From IMG/VR virus record IMGVR_UViG_3300029288_000081, positions 1-64,000 of that record: a stretch of 64,000 bases of DNA; one strand, written 5' to 3'. The first letter of the stretch is position 1. Every line of letters begins with the position of its first letter. The DNA comes from a virus. Taxonomy: Duplodnaviria; Caudoviricetes. Below the pieces are notes generated by a model that saw only the letters and a list, made by a program, of their open reading frames with translations, searched no databases and was not told where the DNA came from. Position numbers and translations under genes: made by a program. Below, in pieces: positions 56,591 through 63,101 of this stretch.

Positions 56591-56884
56591 ATGGGCTACT
56601 CGCAGGTCACGGGCATGAGTTCGACGCGCTTCCCTCTGAAGGGGCTGAGCGGGTGTGGTTGCCAGGCCACGAGCGGTCTGGGGCAGGTCGAGAACTCGCC
56701 TCTCGGCGGGCTCCTGGCGCTTGGGCTCTTCGGAACGCTCGCGTACCTGACCTTCACGAGCCCGGGGACGTGGAAGATCGGCAGGGACGTGACCTACACG
56801 AGCGGTGGCTACTACGACCACGGGTTGGGCAAGTGGGTGACCCCGAACCGTCGTCGCCGCGGGCGCGGCCGCCGTCGGCGCTGA
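56591..56884 (+). CDS. membrane protein with GLGQ motif and Arg tail
   Basis: LKGLSGCGC..SGLGQ, TM helix, WVTPNRRRRGRGRRRR; TATAGT 7 nt upstream. Confidence 0.75.
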   Translation: MGYSQVTGMSSTRFPLKGLSGCGCQATSGLGQVENSPLGGLLALGLFGTLAYLTFTSPGTWKIGRDVTYTSGGYYDHGLGKWVTPNRRRRGRGRRRR

Positions 56885-56891
56885 GGTCTCC

Positions 56892-57104
56892 ATGCGGCCG
56901 ATGTTCATCTGGCGAGATCCTCGCGGCGTCCTGGTCGCCGACGTGGTCCAGATCGCGAAGATGACCCCCGCAGGCCCGCGCGCCTTCTACGTTGCCCGGG
57001 TCCAGGGTGAGCAGGTCGAGAAGCCCCGCTTCGGCTGCGCCAAGCGCGTCGTCGAGGGGTGGCTGCGCCAGAACGGCATCCGGGCAACCGTCAGCGCGGC
57101 GTAG
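56892..57104 (+). CDS. small hypothetical protein
   Basis: GAGG RBS. Confidence 0.55.
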   Translation: MRPMFIWRDPRGVLVADVVQIAKMTPAGPRAFYVARVQGEQVEKPRFGCAKRVVEGWLRQNGIRATVSAA

Positions 57105-57600
57105 TCGCAAGCCTGACCTGCCTCTTCGATGGGAAGTCGAACGACGGTGGCTTGCTGCGCCACACGATGACGATGGCCCCCGACGACCTGTTGGCGTAGG
57201 CAGACCGGGCTCGACGCACGGTCGCCCACGTGCCGGAGCGGGCCTCTTCCTGGTCCATCTTCGGTACCGCGATCAGCAGGTCTCCGGCCGCTGCGATGGG
57301 GCCGTTGCGTTCGAGAGGGGGCATCGGATCGGACAGGAGCTTCGCTCCACGTCGATCGCAGTGGGCTCGCTTGTTGTCCATGTCGGAGGGGTAGATCCCA
57401 CGCATGATGCCCTGCTCGACGCAGATCTCATCGAACATCGCATCCGCACCCACGCAGTCGCCGTGGACCGCCCGCAACCGGCTCCCGTGCCGCGCCTTCA
57501 GCTTCGCGAGCATCTCTGCCACGAAGGCCCGCTGCTCGCGCGTCATCCCGAGCTGCGTGCCCGTGAAGGACACGACGAAGCGGTCGCGCTGCTCGTTCAA
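57091..57600 (-). CDS. SLOG-superfamily (DprA/YspA-like) nucleotide-binding protein
   Basis: SFTGTQLGMT..Q, HGDCVGAD, RNGPI, RSGTWATVRRA. Confidence 0.75.
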   Translation of the reverse strand: MNEQRDRFVVSFTGTQLGMTREQRAFVAEMLAKLKARHGSRLRAVHGDCVGADAMFDEICVEQGIMRGIYPSDMDNKRAHCDRRGAKLLSDPMPPLERNGPIAAAGDLLIAVPKMDQEEARSGTWATVRRARSAYANRSSGAIVIVWRSKPPSFDFPSKRQVRLATTPR

Positions 57601-58010
57601 GGCTTCCAGCCCTTCGGCGGCTTCCAGCCGGCAGCCTGAGCCGTCTTCGCCCATTCCGGCCACGGGACACCCGTCTCGTACTGGGCTCGCGCAGCCTTGA
57701 GGCTCGCCTGCATCTCCTTGAGGAAGCGCCTGGCAACAGAGACGCTCTCGAAGGTGTAGCCTGCCATCGTGGCGGTGACCAGATCCCGGTTCTGCTCCAC
57801 CCACTCCCGGGCATCGACCTCGATCGCAAAATACTCGAAGTCGCTCAGGTCGCGCTTGACGTAGGCCGCATCCTTCTTGGTTCGGAGCTTGGCGACCGGC
57901 GTGCCCTTGTCCTGCCCCACCCAGGCGCCCTCGCCGTCGCCGTCTTCGTCGCACCACGCGACGATCAGGCCTTCGCGCACATCGAAAACGCCCAGCTTGC
58001 TCTTGCTCAT
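57597..58010 (-). CDS. hypothetical protein
   Basis: MSKSKLGV...; GGAG RBS. Confidence 0.65.
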   Translation of the reverse strand: MSKSKLGVFDVREGLIVAWCDEDGDGEGAWVGQDKGTPVAKLRTKKDAAYVKRDLSDFEYFAIEVDAREWVEQNRDLVTATMAGYTFESVSVARRFLKEMQASLKAARAQYETGVPWPEWAKTAQAAGWKPPKGWKP

Positions 58011-58402
58011 CAGACCGCTCCGTTCGAGTGCAGCCTCCTGAAGGCCTCCCACCGATCATGTTGGATCAGGAGGTAGCGCAGCCGAGAGATCGGCTTGCGC
58101 AGCCGCTGGTCCTCGTAGCTGTTCCAGCTGCGCCTCGGTCCACCCGCCAAGGCCTCCTGCCTGTATCGCTCGGCGCTCTCGATGAACCTCCGCAGTGCGC
58201 TCAACGCGTTCTCGCGGTGCAAGCCGGGTCGTGCGACAGGCTGCGTGTTGATGGAGAGCCTGCTCTGCTGGACGTAGCTATCACGGGTGTCGCACAGGGA
58301 AGGCGCCCTCTTTCCGGACAAGCGCTGCGCCTTCGCAAGACGACCAATGAAGTCGTTCATCGCAGCCTCGGTGTCGCGAGCGAGGCCGAGGGGGTTATCC
58401 AT
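58010..58402 (-). CDS. hypothetical protein (C-terminal EAFRRLH)
   Basis: TGATG overlap. Confidence 0.55.
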   Translation of the reverse strand: MDNPLGLARDTEAAMNDFIGRLAKAQRLSGKRAPSLCDTRDSYVQQSRLSINTQPVARPGLHRENALSALRRFIESAERYRQEALAGGPRRSWNSYEDQRLRKPISRLRYLLIQHDRWEAFRRLHSNGAV

Positions 58403-58405
58403 CTC

Positions 58406-58639
58406 TCACTCTCGTCCCCACGCGTGCAGGTCGCCACGCGCGACGCCGAGCAGGCGGGCCGTGTGATCGAGCGACAGGCCCACGAACTCGGTCTTGGCAT
58501 CCTCCCAGCTCTTGAACGGCGGGAGCGCGAGGTCGAACGATGCGCCGTCGGGACGAGCGCGGATGTACCACTCGCCGTACCGGGCGACCTTGTAGTTCGT
58601 CTGCGGGTCGGGCGGTAGCGCTGTGATCGCGAAGCTCAC
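58406..58639 (-). CDS. small hypothetical protein
   Basis: GTGA overlap, VSFAITALPPDP... Confidence 0.5.
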   Translation of the reverse strand: MSFAITALPPDPQTNYKVARYGEWYIRARPDGASFDLALPPFKSWEDAKTEFVGLSLDHTARLLGVARGDLHAWGRE

Positions 58640-58812
58640 TGGGCCGCCAGCGCCTCGGACGCGTTCGCTGCGTGAGCGCGCATCGCGTTCATCTCGTCGT
58701 TCAGCCGGGTCTCTTCGACGGTCAGCTCGGCCTGCTTGCGGCGGATCGCCTCGATGCGTGCCTGCTTCGCACCGAAGCGGGTGATCACGTCCATGGCCTC
58801 CTCGCGGGTCAC
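58636..58812 (-). CDS. 58-aa coiled-coil protein (not in ORF track)
   Basis: VTREEAMDVITRFG...EALAAQ; GTGA overlaps on both sides. Confidence 0.5.
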   Translation of the reverse strand: MTREEAMDVITRFGAKQARIEAIRRKQAELTVEETRLNDEMNAMRAHAANASEALAAQ

Positions 58813-59042
58813 TTGGCGACCTCGGGCGCCAGCTGGTGCTCCGGGCGCACTGCCACCGCGCGCTTGGCGAAGAAGGCGGCCTCCTGGAGGTGCGTGCGAA
58901 CGAGCGCCATCTCGCGACCGTCCTTGCCGCAGTGCTCTTCGAGGTCGTTGAGCAGGATGGAGAAGCAGGTGGCGATCTCACGCGCCTTCCTGATCCCATC
59001 GTGGTTGAGAACGTGAACGTCGAACTCGGGGCGAATCGTCAT
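58809..59042 (-). CDS. Acb2/Tad1-like helical-hairpin protein (candidate nucleotide sponge)
   Basis: FDVHVLN..GI.KAREIA..FS.LL...GREMALVRTHLQEAAFFAKRAVA; AGGAG RBS. Confidence 0.6.
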   Translation of the reverse strand: MTIRPEFDVHVLNHDGIRKAREIATCFSILLNDLEEHCGKDGREMALVRTHLQEAAFFAKRAVAVRPEHQLAPEVAK

Positions 59043-59052
59043 GCTTGTCTCC

Positions 59053-59691
59053 TCACGGCTTGAGCTTGCCGGCATCGAAGTCGGCGAAGGCCTTGCGCAT
59101 CTTGGCGCAGTACCCCGGGTTCACGCCGCCGTTGTACCTGCGCACGAACTCCTCGACGTCGCCCGCCCTCGCGGCCGCGAGCGCCTTCGGGTTGCTGAGC
59201 AGCCACGCGCCGAGCAGCTTGTCCGAGACCCCCGCCGGGTCGGCGTCGAACGCTGCGACGGCTGCGTTCGCCTCCGGAGCGGTGTCCATCGGGCCCGTGC
59301 CCAGCGCCTTCGGGAACGAGCCTCCGAGCTGCTGGTAGGAACCCCACGAGGACGACAGGACGGCCGAGACCGGGTCGAGCTTCCGTGCTGACTCGAACGC
59401 CTCGCGGTTGGTCTCCATGGCGCTCGACGAGGCCGAGCGAGGCTTGCCGTCTCGGGTGGTGCCGGGTGTGTACGGGACCTTGCCGTTGGCCCACGCGTCG
59501 CCACGCATCTGAGCGGCAGCGACCACCCTGGTTCCTCGGGGAATCTCCCGCACGAGGTCCGAGCGGTACCGCTGGAACAGGTGCGGCTCGAAGCGCACCG
59601 CAGCGGGGTTGCCTCCGCTCTCGACGACGCGCACGCCCACGAGGAAGCGGATCGGGCACTTGGTGCGGTCGGCGACGGCCTGGAGGCTCAT
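59053..59691 (-). CDS. N-acetylmuramidase (DUF3380-like endolysin)
   Basis: VESGG...RFEPHLF...SSSWGSYQQLG...FVRRYNG. Confidence 0.85.
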   Translation of the reverse strand: MSLQAVADRTKCPIRFLVGVRVVESGGNPAAVRFEPHLFQRYRSDLVREIPRGTRVVAAAQMRGDAWANGKVPYTPGTTRDGKPRSASSSAMETNREAFESARKLDPVSAVLSSSWGSYQQLGGSFPKALGTGPMDTAPEANAAVAAFDADPAGVSDKLLGAWLLSNPKALAAARAGDVEEFVRRYNGGVNPGYCAKMRKAFADFDAGKLKP

Positions 59692-59838
59692 GTCGACCTG
59701 TCTGACAGGTTCCAGGGAGAAGGTCAAGAACCGAAGAGGATGATGGTCTTGCTCTGGTCCCGGAGCTGCGGCATGCTCTGGTTTCACGCTTTGCCGCAAG
59801 GTGGAGCACAGCCCCCCGCTGGCTCGGGGGAGTCACCC

Positions 59839-59877
59839 AGGGGCCCCCCACCATTCATCGGGGGGCCCCTTTTCTTT
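59839..59877 (+). terminator. strong GC hairpin with T-tract on + strand
   Basis: AGGGGCCCCCC-N10-GGGGGGCCCCT-TTTCTTT at the 3' end of the tRNA array. Confidence 0.55.
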
Positions 59878-59965
59878 GGCTTGCGGAGCTGGGCTCGAAC
59901 CAGCGACCCGGTGAGGGGCACGAGATCCAAAGGCTCGCCGCGAGTACCGACATCGCCATCCGCAA
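59877..59965 (-). tRNA. tRNA-Gln(UUG) with long variable arm
   Basis: TTGCGGA/TCCGCAA, loop CTTTGGA, about 16-nt V arm, encoded GCCA. Confidence 0.7.
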
Positions 59966-60038
59966 CGCAGCGTGCCGGAGTCGAACCGAGCCTGGCGAGG
60001 TTGAAAGCCCCGCGACCTCCCACGAAGTCGAACGCTGC
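59966..60038 (-). tRNA. tRNA-Glu(UUC)
   Basis: loop CTTTCAA. Confidence 0.8.
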
Positions 60039-60041
60039 AAG

Positions 60042-60114
60042 AGCCCCCAGCCGGTCTCGATCCGGCGACCGCCGGTTTACAAAACCGGTGCTCTGCCAAC
60101 TGAGCTATGGAGGC
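60042..60114 (-). tRNA. tRNA-Thr(UGU)
   Basis: loop TTTGTAA. Confidence 0.9.
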
Positions 60115-60121
60115 GAAGGAG

Positions 60122-60193
60122 AGCCTCCACCCGGACGTGCGCCGGGCTCTCTCGCTTACGAAGCGAGCGCGTCGCTATCTACGCTTTGGAGGC
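60122..60193 (-). tRNA. tRNA-Thr(CGU)
   Basis: loop TTCGTAA; aberrant T loop CGCACGT. Confidence 0.75.
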
Positions 60194-60258
60194 GGAACGT
60201 TTGAGGGCCCTGGATGAGGGCCAGGTGACCTGAGCCAACTAGTCGAACAGGACAGAAG

Positions 60259-60344
60259 CGGAAGTTGGAGGGCACGATCCCCACACCGTGAAGGTGCGCA
60301 CCGCCTAGCAAGCGGGCTCGGCGCCACTCGCCGATTCAACTTCC
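60259..60344 (-). tRNA. tRNA-Ser(GCU)
   Basis: loop TTGCTAG, long V arm. Confidence 0.8.
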
Positions 60345-60346
60345 AA

Positions 60347-60429
60347 TGGAGGACGGAGGAGTCGAACCCCTGCGCCTAAGCGCCGCCCGGTTTCGAGGCG
60401 GGTCCCGTGCCACCACGGGTTCATCCTCC
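60347..60429 (-). tRNA. tRNA-Ser(CGA)
   Basis: loop CTCGAAA, long V arm. Confidence 0.8.
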
Positions 60430-60590
60430 GAGATCACTCCGAACATCATCGATCAGCAGGCACGTGAACCCTGCCCCCGCCGCCAAGAGCGCGTCGAGGT
60501 CGAACCCGCAGGCCAGGCTGAACACCGCGCAGGCGGTCATGACCACCGTCGCGGTGTCCAGCAGGTCCTGCACCTTGTCGCCGCGTCGCC

Positions 60591-61103
60591 TCATGCCGCC
60601 TTACCGAAGTAGGGCTTCCACGACTCGGGGACGGTCCTGGCGTCGAACTTCTTCGGCACGACGGGCAGCCAGCCCGGCTTCCTGGGCTGCCTCTGGAGCG
60701 GCATCTTTGCCTCGTCGGGGGTGCGGTCACCCTTCTTCGAGTTGCACTTGTAGCAGGCCGCGACGATGTTCTCCCACTCGGTGCGTCCACCGCGCGAGCG
60801 CGGCAGGACGTGGTCGTAGTTGAGCTGGTGGGGCTCGAACTCCTTCCGGCAATACTGGCAGGTGTGACCGTCGCGCAGGAGCACGTTGGCCCGGGAGAAC
60901 TTGATCGACACCTTCCGCGAGCGCGTCTTGCGCGTCATGCGGATGATGCTCGGCATGTGCATGGTGATGGACGGGGACCGGATCACCTCGTCGGTTGACT
61001 CGACCGTCTCTGCCTTCTCGTCGTAGAGGAGGCAGATCGCTCGCTCCCACGAGACGACCCGGCTGGGTTGGTAGAAGGCGTCGAGGACGAGTACGCGCTG
61101 CAT
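60591..61103 (-). CDS. HNH endonuclease (McrA-like)
   Basis: VLVLD...FSRANVLLRDGHTCQYC...DHVLPRSRGG.T.WENIVAAC.KCN. Confidence 0.92.
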   Translation of the reverse strand: MQRVLVLDAFYQPSRVVSWERAICLLYDEKAETVESTDEVIRSPSITMHMPSIIRMTRKTRSRKVSIKFSRANVLLRDGHTCQYCRKEFEPHQLNYDHVLPRSRGGRTEWENIVAACYKCNSKKGDRTPDEAKMPLQRQPRKPGWLPVVPKKFDARTVPESWKPYFGKAA

Positions 61104-61125
61104 GATGATCATCTCCGTGTGGTTG

Positions 61126-61210
61126 TGCGCGGGAGAGGAATCGAACCTCCACGTCCCGAAGGACACCGGTGTTTGAAACCGGCCCCGCCTACCTGTTACG
61201 GCACCCGCGC
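61126..61210 (-). tRNA. tRNA-Leu(CAA)
   Basis: loop TTCAAAC, V arm, A73. Confidence 0.85.
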
Positions 61211-61229
61211 GGGTTGTCAGACACTACCA

Positions 61230-61312
61230 TGCGGGAAGGGAGAGTCGAACTCCCACGTCCTTTCGGACACATGGTCCTTAGCCATGCGCGCCTGCCATTC
61301 CGCCATTCCCGC
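61230..61312 (-). tRNA. tRNA-Leu(AAG)
   Basis: CATGG-CTAAGGA-CCATG, V arm, A73. Confidence 0.85.
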
Positions 61313-61318
61313 GAGAGA

Positions 61319-61402
61319 TGCCCCAGGGGAGAGTTGAACTCCCACGTCCTTTCGGACACACCGGTCTGAACGGTGCGCGCCTGCCAGTTCCGCCACCGGG
61401 GC
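61319..61402 (-). tRNA. tRNA-Leu(CAG)
   Basis: loop TTCAGAC. Confidence 0.85.
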
Positions 61403-61409
61403 TCGACCA

Positions 61410-61480
61410 TACACGGCCAGGGACTCGAACCCTGCTCGGCGGCGTGTGAGGCCGCTGCGTTCCCCGATCGCTAGCCGTGC
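61410..61480 (-). tRNA. tRNA-Val(CAC)
   Basis: loop CTCACAC. Confidence 0.8.
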
Positions 61481-61483
61481 TCA

Positions 61484-61555
61484 TCGGGCTGACTGGAATC
61501 GAACCAGCAACATCCGCATCCCGAATGCGGCGGGGTACCATTCCCCTACAGCCCG
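61484..61555 (-). tRNA. tRNA-Pro(CGG)
   Basis: loop TTCGGGA, C1-G72, A73. Confidence 0.88.
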
Positions 61556-61564
61556 GTCATGAAT

Positions 61565-61633
61565 CGCAGCGTCCGGAATCGAACCGGCGACACCCGCATA
61601 TGAAACGGGCCCTCTACCACTGAGGAACGCTGC
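61565..61633 (-). tRNA. tRNA-Met/Ile2(CAU)
   Basis: loop TTCATAT; short T stem. Confidence 0.7.
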
Positions 61634-61639
61634 GTTGGG

Positions 61640-61710
61640 AGCGGGGACTGGACTTGAACCAGCAGCCTGATGGTTATGAGCCATCCGAGGTACCATTCCT
61701 CTACCCCGCA
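61640..61710 (-). tRNA. tRNA-Met(CAU), initiator-like
   Basis: loop CTCATAA; 1:72 mismatch, GCGGGG acceptor. Confidence 0.8.
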
Positions 61711-61783
61711 CGCTGACGACAGGAGTTGAACCTGCATCTTCCGCCTTCGGAGGGCGGCGCTCGTCCAGTCGAGCATCGTCAGC
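61711..61783 (-). tRNA. tRNA-Arg(CCG)
   Basis: loop CTCCGAA. Confidence 0.85.
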
Positions 61784-61788
61784 AGACA

Positions 61789-61861
61789 CGTTCGCGGAGG
61801 GAGTCGAACCCACAACCACCTGATTCGTAATCAGGGGCTCATCCAGTTGAGCTTCGCGAAC
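61789..61861 (-). tRNA. tRNA-Arg(ACG)
   Basis: loop TTACGAA. Confidence 0.88.
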
Positions 61862-61867
61862 AGGAGA

Positions 61868-61938
61868 CGCAGCCGACAGGAGTTGAACCCGCACACACCG
61901 GCTTAGAACACCGGCTACCCTCCAGTGGGCACAGCTGC
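61868..61938 (-). tRNA. tRNA-Arg(UCU)
   Basis: loop GTTCTAA. Confidence 0.7.
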
Positions 61939-61944
61939 AAGAAG

Positions 61945-62028
61945 ATCGTCCGCCCGACCCCCCAGGAACCACGCCCGAGGGTAGGACCCACATCCGACCG
62001 CCTGTGGGGACGGCTCATGCGAACGATC
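61945..62028 (-). ncRNA. unclassified structured RNA in tRNA array
   Basis: terminal stem GATCGTTCGC/GCGGACGATC, inner CCCACA/TGTGGG hairpin. Confidence 0.45.
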
Positions 62029-62029
62029 A

Positions 62030-62099
62030 AGGCGCGAGACGGAGTCGAACCGACCTTCACCGGGTTGCAGCCGGTGTCCTTCCCAGAAGGAATCGCGCC
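62030..62099 (-). tRNA. tRNA-Cys(GCA)
   Basis: loop CTGCAAC, U73. Confidence 0.88.
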
Positions 62100-62102
62100 A
62101 GA

Positions 62103-62173
62103 AGCGGGTGACAGGAATCGAACCTGCTCAGCTGGAGTGGAAGTCCAGAGCCTGACCATTCGGCATCACCCGC
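62103..62173 (-). tRNA. tRNA-Gly(UCC)
   Basis: loop CTTCCAC, U73. Confidence 0.88.
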
Positions 62174-62259
62174 ACGACCGCAGAAGAGAGCGACCTCTGC
62201 GATACACACTGCCTTGCGGCAGCTCGGGGCAACCCCCGACAGCGCCTCGCCCAGCGCAG

Positions 62260-62332
62260 AGCCCCTGACCGGCATCGCACCGGCAACTTCTCGCATACCA
62301 AGCGAGCGTTCTTCTCCTAGAACTTCAGGGGC
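62260..62332 (-). tRNA. tRNA-Thr(GGU)
   Basis: loop TTGGTAT; T loop TGCGATG. Confidence 0.8.
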
Positions 62333-62335
62333 ACA

Positions 62336-62409
62336 TGGACCTGGAGGGCTCCGCCCCCTCCACCTCTCGGGTGCAAACCGAGCGCTCTCCTAGAATGAGC
62401 TACAGGCCC
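62336..62409 (-). tRNA. tRNA-Ala(UGC)
   Basis: loop TTTGCAC, G3-U70; T loop GGCGGAG. Confidence 0.8.
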
Positions 62410-62415
62410 AGATAG

Positions 62416-62627
62416 TTCTGCCGGTGGGAATCGAACCCACACCATTCGCTGCTGCAATCTCTTGTTAGGAAACGCGCTTCCCTAGCGACCAGGGGGCTCC
62501 TTGCCATTCGGTGCATCCGCAACCTCTGAGACCTACCTTCACCCTCTTGCGAGGTAGCCGGCGCAGCGATGCCTTTTACGGTCGTCGGCTCCGTTTTTCC
62601 GATGCTCTTCCGTTGAGCTACGGCAGA
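62416..62627 (-). ncRNA. 212-nt tRNA-like RNA with about 140-nt structured insertion in place of the anticodon arm
   Basis: TCTGCCG/CGGCAGA acceptor, GCTC/GAGC D arm, GTGGG-TTCGATT-CCCAC T arm. Confidence 0.75.
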
Positions 62628-62700
62628 TCGTCGCGCCGGGTTCCGCCCCCGGGGCCTCCTGCTTGTCGAGCAGGTGCTCTTCTACCTGAGCTACGCGACG
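62628..62700 (-). tRNA. tRNA-Val(GAC)
   Basis: loop TCGACAA (C33); T loop GGCGGAA. Confidence 0.7.
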
Positions 62701-62707
62701 AACGAGA

Positions 62708-62780
62708 TAGGCGCACCGGGACTCGAACCCGGACTCTCTCCCTTATCAGGGGAGCGCTCTGACCATTGAACCATGCGCCA
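62708..62780 (-). tRNA. tRNA-Ile(GAU)
   Basis: loop CTGATAA. Confidence 0.85.
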
Positions 62781-62785
62781 TCGAA

Positions 62786-62858
62786 CGCTCGGGGCAGGAT
62801 TTGAACCCGCGTCGGCCTCTTTAGGAAAGAGGAGCCTGATCCGCTAGGCTACCCGAGC
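62786..62858 (-). tRNA. tRNA-Arg(CCU)
   Basis: loop TTCCTAA. Confidence 0.88.
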
Positions 62859-62861
62859 AAG

Positions 62862-62935
62862 GGTGATCGACCGGACTTGAACCGGCTTGGACTGCGGCCA
62901 CAACGCAGCGCCTCGACTCTTCGGCCTCGACCACC
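62862..62935 (-). tRNA. tRNA-His(GUG)
   Basis: loop TTGTGGC; encoded G-1 and C73. Confidence 0.88.
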
Positions 62936-62950
62936 ATGACTATCAGAGAG

Positions 62951-63022
62951 AGCGGGCGACCGGAATCGAACCGGCTGGTTCCACCATGGCAAGGTGGCGT
63001 CCTACCTTAGAACATCGCCCGC
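62951..63022 (-). tRNA. tRNA-Gly(GCC)
   Basis: loop TTGCCAT, U73. Confidence 0.88.
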
Positions 63023-63026
63023 AGAG

Positions 63027-63098
63027 CGCCTCGTAGGCGGAATCGAACCCCTCTCAACCGCTCGACAAGCGGCCCGCCACCCAGCAGCGTCACGAGGC
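63027..63098 (-). tRNA. tRNA-Asp(GUC)
   Basis: loop TTGTCGA, G73. Confidence 0.8.
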
Positions 63099-63101
63099 AG
63101 A

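Noticed and set aside
61126-61402. Selenocysteine or opal-suppressor tRNA (TCA in the loops)
   Set aside because: The 7-nt loop register gives CAA and CAG; the bodies are typical Leu with 7-bp acceptors and A73.
61868-61938. Amber suppressor tRNA (CTA in the loop) or a recoded genetic code
   Set aside because: The stem register gives anticodon TCT; TAG and TGA both end genes normally in this window.
62416-62627. tmRNA
   Set aside because: Has a true D stem, no G3-U70 pair, no encoded CCA and no obvious tag ORF.
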